A stretch of 64,000 nt of DNA, taken from assembly GCA_012295275.1 (NCBI GenBank), contig CM022671.1, positions 26,474,001-26,538,000 of the forward strand, read 5' to 3'. The translations under genes were made by a program, and so were the position numbers. Shown in pieces: positions 36,125-50,489 of the stretch. Source of the DNA: Chrysomallon squamiferum. Taxonomy: Eukaryota; Animalia; Mollusca. Positions within the stretch are counted from its first letter, which is position 1. Each line of letters begins with the position of its first letter. Under the pieces are notes generated by a model. That model searched no databases. It was not told the origin of the DNA and worked only from the letters and a program-made list of their open reading frames with translations.

Positions 36125-37129
36125 TTGTGACGTGTCATTAAACATTAACTGTTATATATCTATCTATACTAGATGATCATCTTGCTGATTTATTAAGCCC
36201 TCCAGGCAAAGATGACAGAAACGACAGCCCTACGTTCAGTTCCTCGCCAACTTCAGCCAGTAGCAGTCCAGATTCCTGCGAGATTCTTGCGACGAAAAAG
36301 AAGTCTAACCGAACCAACTACACACCAACCCAGATTCGATCCTTAGAGCAAGTGTTTCTCGAAACACCTTATCCCGACTCAGAAACCATGGAACAACTGG
36401 CTATTGACTTGAATATACCCGAACAAAAAATAAAGGTAAGTTATTTATTTTACTTCTGCATTAAAATACAATAAATGATATCTTCTTCTTATTCTGATTC
36501 TGATTCTTCTTCTTCTTCTTCTTCTTATTATTATTATATTATCATCAACATTGTTAAAATTTCTTGTTTTTTTTCCATTGCAAATATTTAATTTTGTTTT
36601 CCCAATCACTTTTCTCTCTTTCCAGTTTTATCAACTCCATTTTTCAGTAACGCTTTTTCTTTTTACTTTTTTTTTTCTTTTCATATTATTATTAAAATTG
36701 TTAAGCTTCGTTTTCTTTTGTTTTCTCTTTTTTTTCTTTTACTTCTCCCACCCACCCCCATAAATCTGAAAAGAAAATATCAGCTGTATACAAAACATTG
36801 GTATGAACATTTTCCATATAATTCAGTAACTTTTTATTGGTACAATTCATTAATTCTTTTTCTTTGCCTAGGTCTGGTTTCAAAACAAACGTGCCCGGTC
36901 AAAGAAAAGAGTAATTGACATCAAATTCCAGAACTTTCCGCCCATTCACCCATTTTACCTCCAGCACATGCCTCATCTAGTGACATCGCAGTCAAACTCA
37001 TATCCCATGTCTGCCGTAGCACAAGGGTTCTTCCCCTACTCAACAACATCCCCAGCCACAATGATGTCACCGCAGATGCCGATGTTCCCGTTTCCGTACA
37101 TGTACACTCAGTCCTCGCAACCGCAGTAG
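35256..37129 (+). CDS. Divergent PRD-class-like (Q50) homeodomain transcription factor, 4 coding exons, ~286 aa
   Basis: Exons 35256-35267 (MQTN|gtaagt), 35706-36033, 36173-36435 and 36872-37129; all GT-AG with consistent phases 0,1,0. Homeodomain KKSNRTNYTPTQIRSLEQVFLETPYPDSETMEQLAIDLNIPEQKIK|VWFQNKRARSKKRV has an intron between codons 46 and 47. Also an eh1-like HSINELL (35901-35921) and a P/Q/M-rich C-terminus. Confidence 0.9.
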
Positions 37130-37465
37130 TGGCAATGACGTCTGACTGATGTGTTTTTTTTTTTTTTTTTTTTTTTGTTGTGTTTGTTTTTACAAAGTGC
37201 TAAAGTGTCGCTTATTTATAAACGAAATGTGATTCTGAAATGTTATTCTGCAGCAGAAATGCAGTGTTTATTAACGTTTGTTGGTCTGTTGCCATGTCAA
37301 CGGATGTGACAGCAGTGAGATATTAGGATATTTACTAATTGCAAATTAAAATGAGTTATTCACACACACACCACGATCCTAAAGCTATCTTTGTTGTTTG
37401 ACAACTGATAACCACAATAACTAAAGAACATTAACTGTGACTTGAATATAATAATAATAATAATA

Positions 37466-37497
<32 letters not shown>

Positions 37498-39014
37498 AAA
37501 TAACTGAAAAATATGAAAAGATTAGTGAAAAATATCTTCTGAATGAAAAATTGTGGAGGGTTTCTGGAATCAGACAGGAGAAGGGAGATAACTGAAGATA
37601 ATACTGAGAAACTGTGATGAGAACTATCTAGGTATGTAAAATTCATAATATATAAATATCTGAGTTGTATATTAATGGATATATGTTCTTTCCATTCAGA
37701 AATGCATCTGAACACATCTAAAAGTAAATATATATTTTATATGTATATTTATAATTTATAACTTATATATCCCAAACATCACACACAGAAACACACACAC
37801 ACACATATATTTTACATTTGTGGCATTTTGTGGTACAATTATGTTGACGTAGGCTATATGGTATTTTATTTATTTATTTATTTATTTGTTTACAATATTT
37901 TCAGGAATATTCAGGAACAAACCTCCAGCGACAAGAGGAACTGATCTAGTGAAGAAAAGTCGTGTCTCGCATAAACAAATTTAAAACAACGTCAAGTTAC
38001 TGAAATAAAAATCTTCACAGCTATTCACCGATACAGGAATGCTAATATACTGTAAATATAAATGTACATATTGATTTAATAAATAATATATTAATCCATT
38101 TGCGTTTATTTTGCTGATTTCATTGTAGGTTTTATTGTTATCTGTATTAGCTAAATGTCAAGAACTTATTAATATGTGTTACATGCGTACAGAGAATACG
38201 ATAAATATTTGTCTCTAAATTTTAAAATATAAATCTAAATAGAGAATTTATTTTATTAAAATTATAATTAAATAAACAAACAAATAAATAAATATAACAA
38301 CAATAACAATGGCAATAATAATAATAATGATAATAATAATGACAATAATAATAATAATGATAATAATAATAATGATAATAATAATACAAAAATTAATAAC
38401 AATGTAGCTTTGGCCGTATGAATCAATGTTGTTATCATTTTTTTGTTTGTTTTTTCTTTGTATCACCGAAAATATACGAAAAGATGTGTGCATAATTATA
38501 TATATGAATGTATGTGTGAGCGTAACCATTTTGTAATTAATCGAGGATAAGCGCTAGAACGAGTAAAAATGCTAGCAGTGTTTCGAATATTTAAAGTTAT
38601 TTCAGTGTACTTCAACATTGTTTTCATGTCAGGAACTACTTAACATTAAGAGATAAATTCGTCGCTTTAATGAGAAATAACTCTTGGAGGAAAATTATTT
38701 AATAATGTTTAGCGATTACCTCCCGTGAAAAATGTTCAAGATCTACGATAAAATTATAGCATTTATTTGGAATTTGGAGAAAAGTTTTTTATTAAAGTTC
38801 ACGGTAAACTGTGGTTGGTTGTAGATGTGAGAAAAATGTATTTATTATTTTTATTTAGTTTCATGCAGAGATAACAACAATCCTGAATTGTTTTGTTCTT
38901 TAAAGAACTAATCTTTTACAGATTATAGTCACTTGCGTTACTGTTTTAATTCATAAAATGTAATACTAATAGTATCATACATCTGTTGAATAGAACACAG
39001 ACACACGCACACAC

Positions 39015-39053
<39 letters not shown>

Positions 39054-40210
39054 GTTCTACGGACTGCGCAATGATGGACTGCATAATTTTAATCATGTCC
39101 AATTTGGAAAAATTATCAAGCATTACTGTTTTTTTCCAAATTTCCTACATAATATAAACGCAGTAATAATTAGTTCGCTTCGTACAAAACTACATTCGTA
39201 ATTAAATGGCTCAGTCCGCGGAAGCCGCACAATAAAAGAACTGGTTTTATAACTTTCTCAAAACTCGCCGTCAAATGAGATCTGAGAGGCGAAAAAAAAA
39301 AATCGATTTAATTACCGCTGTGTGCATATTTGCAATTCATTCCTCAGTTCTGTGGCAGCACTCGTTTTGTGTTGGACTTTGTTATTTCGGGTAAAGTAAA
39401 TATTGGTTTTTAGTAATAAGCTTCGAAATTAAAGCTGGCTTTCATAAATCTTTTTTTTTTTTTTTTTTTTTTTTTTGCAGAACATATGTAGTAAGTGAAT
39501 GCAGAGACCAGTGCCGACAAGTTTCCATTTTTAATAAAATCATTTCCTCTCTGTTTATCTGTCATTTTATGTGTGTTTGTGTATGTATGTATGTATGTAT
39601 ATGCATATGTTTATAATAACGTATAATATTACAGACGCATGTATTTATGCTGTGTCTGTGTGTTACGGCGCGCGCAGGTGTAAGTGTGTTCGTATGATTG
39701 TGTAATTGTATATGTCGTAGTATTGTGTTCTTCTTACATCATAAACATCGTCATCATTATCATATTCAAAATCATTATTATCGTTATCATCAATATTATT
39801 ATTTTATTATCAGCAGTTGTTGTTCTTTTCTTTTTCTTCGTCTTTTTGTTATCATTGTGTTGTAGTTATTATTATTATTCACCTCTGCATCAGTGAAATG
39901 TACCTCCTTTTTTACGGTTTTTTTTTAATTTTTTTGTTATTTTCTTAGTCATATAATAATTTGTCGAAATCTGCAGTTTGCTATTTTTCCGATGATTTAT
40001 TTCACAAACTTTCTCTGATTTCAAACATATCGATGGAATCTGCGCTCAGCAATATGATGAATAGGGCACTGATGTCTCACCAGTACGACTTTTCGTCAAG
40101 AAAAACACACTGTGGAAAGTGATTATTCTGCCATTAGAAGTTGAAGCCCTCGGGAGTATTGAAATCCTTCAAACAAAATATCTAATCTGAAATAAGGGTC
40201 ATACATCGAC

Positions 40211-40250
<40 letters not shown>

Positions 40251-40760
40251 ATTTGTCAATATTTATTACCGGCAGCGTTGTTTCAAGATTTTGACGCGAT
40301 ATGGTATAATTCAATCACAAAATCTTTCATCCCGTTTATCGCCCAAATGGATGAGTCATTTTCATGATGAAAAATTCTCCCGGTGGTTCCCGCAGAAGCC
40401 TCTGAGACTCTGATTTCGACGTGTTCACGTTTCTAAACGCTTTGTGAATTCCCAACAGCACGGCTAGATTTCGTTCAAATTGGCTTTATCGCGAACACGA
40501 AGCTCGGCTTATTCACGAAGATCGTCTTCGGCGGCCACGTAACCGGAAAAAATGCATTAATTCTGCTGATGAAGTACGGAAGCCATCACTTATTGAAAAT
40601 GTTTTTCTCCGTATCTTGATTGTGTTTTATTATGCGAGAGGATGTAATGGCTTTATTAACACGAAACACGATAGAAAGTATATAAATTAGATCTGTGATA
40701 AACATTCAGTTGTGTTACCCTGTTATATTCAGCCAGTACAATTAATGTAATGAATATCTG

Positions 40761-40797
<37 letters not shown>

Positions 40798-41742
40798 AAT
40801 AAAAAAAATAAAATAAAACAATTATAATTTTAAATAAAATTAAAAATTAAGAATAAACAAAGAAAAACGTCCGTGAAAATATATTTCTAAGTAGCTGAGA
40901 AAATCGGGTAAAAGATCAGATGAATTTTATATTAATTAAACATTAATTCACATAACAAGGAGGAAAACAGTGGGTCATGATGTTATAGTCGTTCCAAACA
41001 TAGTGATGTTCTAAACCTTTCATTATGTTTATTGTTAGACATATTTTAATACTTCCCTTTGAGTCGAAGACCTCAAAATTTATTTAAATTCAGGATTTTG
41101 TTTTTCAGTTGTTAATTAGGACACAATATTATTGCTTTACGAAAAACATAAATTACTAAAATAAAAAATAAATTTAAAAAAGAAAAATCCATAATTATGT
41201 CCGTTATAAATATCTAAGGATCGACTGCAAATAAGAACATTTTCTTCAAGCTTTTTTCTCTCTAAACGAAGTCTGATCAGAATGAATAGTGCACGTCACT
41301 AACTCATTGTCCAGCAGCCAACCAGATTTCAGTTTAGCTTTCAATTCTAAAATTTGTTATGATTGGTTAATTGATGCCATCGTTGGAAAAATACGAAATT
41401 TTCATTTTCGTGGCGGAAATAGGGATTTGTCATAAACAGATTTTGTTTAGTTCATTAAAAATTAAAATTTTAAGTTTCACTTTTTTGTTATTAATACAAA
41501 CACTGCGTGGTTTGTAATTTAATATTAATTAGTCCTATTTCTTTTGTTTTTCACTTCGTCATTACTGTTTAAAAATTGCTATCTGTTTTTATTTTTATTT
41601 ATTTATATGTATTTTAGTTTATTTTTTGGTGTTATCTTAAATTGGCGCTTTATTTACGTTTTTTAGGCATGACAAAGTATTTTATTAAGTAATAAAATAT
41701 AATAAATATAAAGTACTGATTAAAGAGCCCTTCACCTATAAC

Positions 41743-41863
<121 letters not shown>

Positions 41864-44367
41864 TAATAACAATAATTTAAATTATAATAATAACTAATAA
41901 TTTAGAAAGGCAAAATATACTATTTCATATATATATATTTGTATTCGTTAATACTATACGAATCTTCTTTGTTAAGCAGACACATAAAAAGTTCAGGTTC
42001 AGAGAATCTTGAATGTAACACGGAAATCTGATTATTAGAAGCATTTGTATTACGGATTTAATTTTTACTTTTTATGTGTTACATTTCTCACACCCTCATT
42101 ACAAACATTCTTAGTCCAAAGAAATTCATTTCAAATCTATGATTATACGAATTAATCAATTAAAAAAAAGTATATAGTTAACAACTGCACGGTTAATAAC
42201 TTTTGCTTAGTTGGAGCTCTTCTTTATATATATATATATTTCTTATTAAAGTAAGTGTGTGTGTGTATGGGTGGGTGTGTGTGTTTAAATATGCAAACCT
42301 CATAAACATGACTGTACATACCACAGAGTTTGATAAACAAGTCGTAAAACATTGGACAGAACGTTAAATGATCCAGTACAAGAGAAATAATAATAATAAT
42401 AAGAAGAATAAAAGAAGAAGAAGAAGAAGAAGAAGAAGAAGAAGAAGAACAACAACAACAACAACAACAACAAAACAACAATAACAATAATAATAACAGC
42501 AGTAATAGCTGTTGTTGCAATAGTACAGTAGCAATGGTAGTAACAGTGGTAGTAACACAGGCGGTGGTGACGATAATGACAGTGATAATGATTACAACAA
42601 TAAACATCCACTTATCCCAACTAAGGACGACATAAAAGAGGAGAAACCATTCTACCAAATCAACCGTCATATAAAACAAATATATCAAAGAAAATATATT
42701 CACTCTGTTTATCGTGTTCATAGACATTATTAAAGATTTCACTTAAACAGAAGCTGAGCCTTCTGCTCTCTGCAATTTACTCGAAAACTGAACATTACGT
42801 TTTAGAAATGATGATAATCAACAATGGTAAACAGAATCCAAATGGCCACGAATTAGATGGTTTCAGTGCAGCGTATTACTTATGCAGAGTAAATATTCAT
42901 TGAAGTGGAGAGCCTAACAAGAGCAGATTATACCGTTTTGATAAATATCAGTATGTAATGGGTGAATTTGTATCCTGCGAGAAATGGAAATGATTCCTGA
43001 TTATGGAGATGGCCACACTGAAGCAGACAATGAGACTGGAATTGTGGTATGAGAGAGTTTCACGGCATTTAATCATCTCACATTGTCTTGTTGTTGTTTT
43101 ATGAATCTCCACCTCTTCATAATAGAAAATAAAACCCGTAATGTAAATAATTCAGTATTTATTTATTTGTTGCTGAATATATCAATCTGCGAGAGTAAAT
43201 AGTAACAAGCAGGCATTTATTGAAGATGCATATGTATGTTTGTTTGTATATAGGTACTATGTCTTTCTGTATGAATATGTATGCATGCGTCTATGTATGT
43301 GAGTGTATGTATGTGTAGGTATATGTACATATGTATGTAAATTGCGTGCGTGCATTCTTATGTGTACATGAATGAAGGCATGTGTCTATGTGTATAGATC
43401 TATGTAAATATGTATGTATGTTTTCATGTATGTATGTCCGTGTGTGCGTGAATGCCTGTTAAAAACAAAACTGGAATATATTTAACACTCAAGTCACTTT
43501 TGACAATGTAATATTTTTATTTTACTTTTATTATTTTTTTTTTTTTTTTAAATCACAATAAAAGAAAGAACAAAAATTAAATATTAAATATCAAAGACAG
43601 CAATGAACAGTAATGGACAGAAAATGAAAAGAAGACAAAACGGATAAAAGTAAACACAACAGTATTGTATACAGTGTTACACAACTTGGTTTGTTTTATG
43701 TTAGTAAGTTTCCCTCCCCCAACCACCCACCTAATGAATTCAGACGTCGGAGGTAAATAAGCCATCCTGGCAATTAAAACTTCAAAAGTAACGCAAGACT
43801 CTTTTTTTTTCAGCTGCAGATGCGAATTAAAATCAGTTTCGTAATGTAAGCCACGTCTACCCGCCTGTCCGTTTTAAACACGCTTTGGGTGGTTTTCGTA
43901 AAGGTATCCTTTCACTGCGCTAGTATTACCCGCACAGGTACACTTTGATGTACTGGATTTACCTGCTGTACACTACAGGTGTTCAAACAAAGCGCCAGTG
44001 TATCACTTCTTAATAGTGAAAACAATGCTTAGATATGTCCCTTCTACCCGTGCTTGTGGTAACGTTAGATTTTTACCGCTGTTGTAACCTGCTTTAATAG
44101 TCATGATCGTTAATGAAACGGAACCGTGGCAATCACAACCAACAGACTAGAATAATTGCAGTAGTTATAAAATTGTTTAAAAAAAAAAAAAAAAAAAAAT
44201 AAGTGTTGATTAACAGTTATTAAATTTAAAAGGTAGGAACGGCTTTTCCAGAAATAAAGTAACATTCGAATATAAATTTTGAGTGCTGCATTTAAGTGCT
44301 AAAACTTTTGCTTAATGAAAAAGTAATTTGTCTAGTGATCGATAGACGGACAGTCAGACAGACAGAC

Positions 44368-44371
<4 letters not shown>

Positions 44372-44441
<70 letters not shown>
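44372..44441. repeat. (AG)n microsatellite
   Basis: Directly visible. Similar (AG/CT)n tracts at ~49442-49535, 51802-51917, 54823-54940, 58120-58205, 59666-59728 and 63329-63388. Confidence 0.95.
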
Positions 44442-44445
<4 letters not shown>

Positions 44446-45007
44446 GCGCAGAGACAGAAATACCAGAGGAAGATTGACAAAGATAAGAAAAAGGAATTTT
44501 TGCAAAATACAACGCACCTAGTATATCACGCAGCCATTTAACTTATTTTGATTAGCAGAGCCATGCACACTGTGTAATATGCATATTATTTATTTCTGTA
44601 ATTCTACATGCATGCAGTTTATATCATTATACAGTGTGTCCTACATAGGACCAAAAACTCTACACAGCCTGGAGTCTGGAAGTCATTACACTGCGTGACT
44701 AGGTTCCCGTGGAAACACTGACTACCGTGAACCGCCCCAAGCAGAAACCCGTCCACCAGTACCTGAAAACCATTTTTGTTTATTTTCACAAATGTCAGAT
44801 ATTTAACAAGCCACATCTGGTTTCTTCCATTTTCTCAAACATTTGGCCTATTATTTATTAATGATGTGAGGCGTGCTTGTCGCTTCTGTTCGCCACCCAT
44901 TTTAACTGTTGAATATGCTTGTGTGACGTTTTACGTCGAATTTAATGGCGGGTGTTCGATGGGCGGAGTTTGATATGGTAATGAACCGTTTGTTTTAGTC
45001 ATGCTAC

Positions 45008-45044
<37 letters not shown>

Positions 45045-45206
45045 ATATATATATATTACATAATATTTATAATTATTGGATCAGTAAACGCATACATAAT
45101 AATAACAACAACAACAACACAACAAAACAACAAAAATATGCAAGTGAATGAAAAAGAAAAAGCATAAAGGAATAATCTTTATTTTTTATTTCTTCTTCTT
45201 CTTCTT

Positions 45207-45272
<66 letters not shown>

Positions 45273-45502
45273 TTACATTAAAATAATGATAATAATAATA
45301 ATAATAATAATAATAATAGTAATAATAATAATAGTAATAATAATAATAATAATATTAATATTAATATTAATAATAATAATAATATATTTATAATCCTTCT
45401 TCCAACACTGAATATAGAAATATAATAAATACTGAAATAGAGAAAATTCAGTGCACTTTCAAAACATTATTATGTGCTTAAAAACAAAATAATATACATA
45501 TT

Positions 45503-45549
<47 letters not shown>

Positions 45550-46022
45550 TTTTGTTGTTGTGTTGTTGTTTTTTTCTTAACAAAACAACCATCAGACTTC
45601 ATGGATCCAATTTCATTTGAAGTCGTTACACAGTTTGCAAATCATTTTTAGGGGTTTTTATAATATAACATTATTTTTGTCGCCAAGGAAACCTATAATT
45701 TTAAGCTCATGGTGGATTTTCGTTTTATCTTTAAATTTAAAAACTAAAATAAAATAATAATAATAATAATAGTTTTTATTTTTATTTTATTTATTTATTT
45801 ATTTATTTATTTATTATTATCATTTTATTTGCGGAATGATATCGTTCTCAAGGTTAGCGATGCTTTTTTTTCACTCTAAAGGTGTTGAAACGTGAGATAA
45901 TTAATTTGAGTGTCAGTGGCGATGTAATTTAAGAATTTTACAGCTAATCCGTGTGATCACAAAAGAAATAAAGGATTCACATATATACAAAACCGTTTGT
46001 ATTATATATTATTATTATATTG

Positions 46023-46126
<104 letters not shown>

Positions 46127-46252
46127 GCAGTATTAGTTTTTAATTATTACTGATAATAATTTCACTAAAAACTGAAAATAGATGCGATCTTAGAGAGCAA
46201 CAATGACACTATTGACTATGACATCATCATCATCATCATCATCATTATTATT

Positions 46253-46283
<31 letters not shown>

Positions 46284-47592
46284 CTATTATCCCTTTAAAT
46301 AAAATATATTAAAATGTCGTTAAACTGACTGTCATAACAATAGACTGGTATCGTTACAGGATATGGCGTCAAACTCGTTTCTCAAAACGTAACTGAAAAA
46401 CATTTCAGAAACAGATCTGCTGATTTTAATTTTTTATTTTATTTTTAATTTTAATTTTATTTTTTATTAGACATTTATGCTTCACAACAGATGTAAACTA
46501 TTACTATTATTGCTTTCTTTCTTGTTCTTTGTTATCTCTCACATTTTCATTGTCTGTGTATTTAATTTTATTTTATTACGTTGCATTTAGGGTTACACGT
46601 TGATTCTTCGTTTCTGTGATTTAATGCGTAGACAATACAAATGCAATTATCTGAATCGACGAAAATAAAACTAATTTTTTTTTTTTTTCTTTTCTGGGCG
46701 CCAGTTTGTGAAGGGTTGTCGAATAGATTTCAGTTCGTCTCTTTCCACTATATTCTTTTCCCCTCTTCCCCCCCCCTCCGCACCAGCCTATTCATTTTAA
46801 GGTTCCAGCGATTATTGTTATAATGAAAATAATACTTTGGGTTTGTTCCAGGTGCTAATTTGGGACATACTGTCGAAAGGATCAGTATTTATGTCAGCTC
46901 AGAATACATGACTTTTTTTTTTTTTTTACCCGCTGGTTTTAAAGCGCTTACGTTTTAGTGAAAGAAATACGTTTGTTTAAGTTTTTCAAACCATCTATCT
47001 CTAAATATTTATTTTTTAACAAATATTCATTAATTCCTTACCCTCCCCCTCTGTAAACAATGGTGGATATGCTCTTGTTTCTCAGTTTCGTTTCTTCTCT
47101 TTTTTTTTTAATTCTTTGGTGTTTCTTCATTATTTATTTATTTATTGAATTTTTTTTTTTTTTTTTTTTTGAGGGGGTTACTTTTTTCTTTTCTTCATTT
47201 CTTCATTTAATAGTCTTTCTTTTTTTTTTTCTGTTAAAACCATATGTTGGTGAACAGAAAAGATTCAAAAAGAAAAAAATATATAATAATGATGGCCACC
47301 TGAAAAAGAAATGTTTGAATGCCATTAGAATCTGAATACAATACACAAAACCATTTATTCATTTATTATTGATTTTGTTACTCTAATTGCTGTTGTTGCT
47401 AATTAGTTGTTGTTTTGTTGTTGTTCTATATCTTCTTCTTCTTATTATTATTAGTCATTTTATTTTATTTTTTTATTTTTTTATTATTATTATTACTATG
47501 ACTAAAACTAACTCCTTGTTATTTTGATATATTACAAGACAAAATATTTGATAACCTTAAATTTTAATTGTTCTGAGCAGACAGTTTTACGA

Positions 47593-47741
47593 AAGAATAA
47601 GTATGGCTAAACAATCGACAGTTACAAAACACACACACATACACATATATATATATATTACTTTCAAACACTAAGATATATTACCAAAGTATATATATGT
47701 GTGTTTTAAAACGATTCGATTGTTTAGCCATACTTATTCTT
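47593..47741. repeat. Foldback inverted repeat (~150 bp)
   Basis: Perfect 26-bp arms aagaataagtatggctaaacaatcga (47593-47618) and tcgattgtttagccatacttattctt (47716-47741), with further imperfect inner pairing. Confidence 0.9.
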
Positions 47742-49437
47742 ATATATATATTGTGAAGAGCGCTAAATGACTCTTAAAATGTGCACGTGTTTTAACTTGA
47801 ACTGACGTATATTTGTGTAAAAAAAGATATAAAATATTGCTGTACTTGTTATTTGACATTGTGCAGGTGTTTTATTGTGATAATGTACTTAACATGTTTA
47901 CTGCATGTTTCATATGTAATCAATATCCACTGTCATAAAACTGACGATAAATAAAATAGTACATTACAGGGTGATCATTTTATTTAATTTTTATTTTAGT
48001 CACGTTGTTTCTTAATTTAAATTTTGATTTTGATTTTAATTTAAATTTTTGTAATTTCTTTGAATTTGAATTTGAATTTATTTATTTGTTTTAATTTTTT
48101 ATTGACTTATATAATATATATATATATATATATATATTTCTTTTCTTAATTATATATTTTTCTTTCCATTTTCTTTATGATTTAAAACAAATTCTTTTTA
48201 CGTTTATTGTGTCACATTATTCATGAATATAATGCAAAAATAGATACATGAAATAAAAAAAAGATATTAAACTACTGAAAAGAATAACTACAAATAAGCA
48301 TCTGAGAAAAAAAAAAATAATAATAATAATCTCAGTTAATTAACGACATTCTCCGTGCTGTGTTTAGCGATCTTGACTAAACATGGCAGGTAATCTCGTG
48401 CTTTCAGTGTAATTACGACCGAGACGTTTGTCAAGGGGAGGATATTGCACAAGTGTTTAACGAGAGAGGAGTGCTTGGCCATTCAAGTATCAGTGCAGGT
48501 GTTGATTGTATTACCTGTGATCTTTTTGTGCCAATTCATGTGCCACATCAGGAATAGCAGGGTCTTGCACGGCAGCAATTTAAATCAAATGCTATAGAAA
48601 ATCCAAAAAAAAAAAAAAAAAAAATGATTCAACGGCGATGGCCACACGGCCAACGACAACGCTGATACAATGCTATAGAAAAGTTGAAGAGTTGTCGAGA
48701 TGGCGATAGGGGTTATAGAAATCCTTCATAAGGCGGATTATTGGCCGGCCCATTGAAATGAGATCTCGGCTGTAAGCAATAGCTCCGAGGTTGAAGATTA
48801 ACACCCTCTCCCTAAGCGTCCTTACCATCATCACGATCCACTTGGAAGCGGCCGGTAACCAAGGGTAACCGTCATTCATCCGGTGGCATAGGTATTCCAC
48901 TTTGGCGCTTATCAACAGGTGACAGCGATATTTATGGCTAATTAAACGTGGACAATTGAAATGTGGATAATCGACTCTCCTTCACTGACAATGAAAGGCT
49001 GTTTTTGACACGAGAAACCCTGCAGTAGGAGAGAGTCTTCAGCGACAAAGAACGAGATTTTTCAAAGCTGAATGGAGTAGTCACTTACACTGCAAACATG
49101 ATTAATATTTTTTTTCTCTCTCTCTCTCTCTCTTTTTCTGTGTTTGCGTATAACATACACAATTAGTTACATTGTGAGATCGCTCTTTTTTTCATTTCAC
49201 AGCTGAAATATCGAATAAAGATTGTCCACAGATAAGATTTATCTATTTGGTTGACGTGTTTTTCCGCCAAGCTTTCTTATGTTATTTCTTTCAGTTAGTT
49301 TGTTAATTCGTTCGTCCTGTATACGATATACGTTTTATAATATTCAAAAATAAAACACCTGTATGCATCAGTAACGAATCCAAAAGGTCCACATTGGTCG
49401 TGGTCCCTCCCATATATATATATATATATATATACAC

Positions 49438-49538
<101 letters not shown>

Positions 49539-50292
49539 AAAATAGACAGGCAGACAGATAAAACTTGTTTTATGTATATACAAAGAAATTACATCTTCGT
49601 AATGTGGTATCCATCACCTGAATTTTGGATCTCCCCCTTGTATTATTTCCTTTACCCCTGATATTTTCTATTTCTTTTTAGAATATTATGTTAAACGCTG
49701 AATTATTTTCAGAATAGCAATATGTTCCGATACGATATTTATTTTTAATATCTTTCACTCTCTTATTCTCAGTGTGTCTCTCTGTTTTTAAAATACTAAC
49801 TGTCTAATTTTTACGCAGAAACTGTAATTTAATATATGAAAAATATACAAATGCTCTACAATTTTTTAACGTTCATGATTCATACTGATCATTTATAAAT
49901 AATATAATTAAACTGTTTTTACTTTATTGTATGTTAAAGTTGTTGCTAATTAATTTCTTAAAACATAACACTATCAGTGTCAAATTTTCGTACTTACTTG
50001 TGCCAGAGCTATTTAGAATTTATAAATTATATAAAACAACAACGAGAAAAACAAAAACTACATCAATAATACCATTTAGACATAGCTTTTATAAGAAGAG
50101 TTTTAAAAAAAAAAAAAAAAAAAAAAATGATGGAAGATGTTGACGGAGAAATATGGGTAAAGAAAGGCAGAGATAGAGGAACAAATGTAAGAAAAAAAGA
50201 TAACGCAAATATTCTAAATCATGAAATGTTTGTACTTAATTCATCAACTAAATTATGTTTCGTTGTTTTTGTGTTTGATAATCGTGTCAGTG

Positions 50293-50489
50293 GCGACACC
50301 TAACGGACGGAGGAAATCATAAGGACAACACGTACATAGCATTCGCGGTTTGTCGAAGCTAGGCAGCAGACATTGTCTCATACGGTTCGGCTTAGCAACT
50401 GTTGACACGCTAGACGCCGCTACAGTCGGGTAAACGCCAAAGATTTGTTTTTCACCAATTAGCTTGCCTCAGCTGACCGCTAGGTGGCG
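50293..50489. promoter_or_regulatory. Cluster of CTCF-like motifs in a CpG-rich island
   Basis: CCGCTAGGTGGCG (50477-50489, +), CCGTTAGGTGTCGC (50293-50306, -) and ACGCTAGACGCCGC (50407-50420, +) resemble the CTCF core CCASYAGRKGGCRS. Confidence 0.5.

Noticed and set aside
35808-36176. 122-aa ORF ending in poly-Leu (apparent membrane protein)
   Set aside because: It is homeobox exon 2 reading through the donor at 36034 into an intronic (TAT)n microsatellite.
36298-36913. Calling the homeobox gene engrailed (WFQNKRA plus eh1) or a Hox gene
   Set aside because: It lacks the Engrailed N-arm/helix 1 (EKRPRTAF) and the EH2-5 motifs, and has no hexapeptide. YPD and the 46/47 intron point to the PRD class.
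42224-42742. Low-complexity ORFs throughout 38-64 kb (poly-I/L/F/S, ER, HT, CV repeats)
   Set aside because: Translations of microsatellites.
44619-44816. 65-aa minus-strand ORF with an internal ttttcag acceptor, and the 80-aa ORF at 48673-48915
   Set aside because: No recognisable domain, non-ATG starts and no partner exons found. More likely regulatory DNA.
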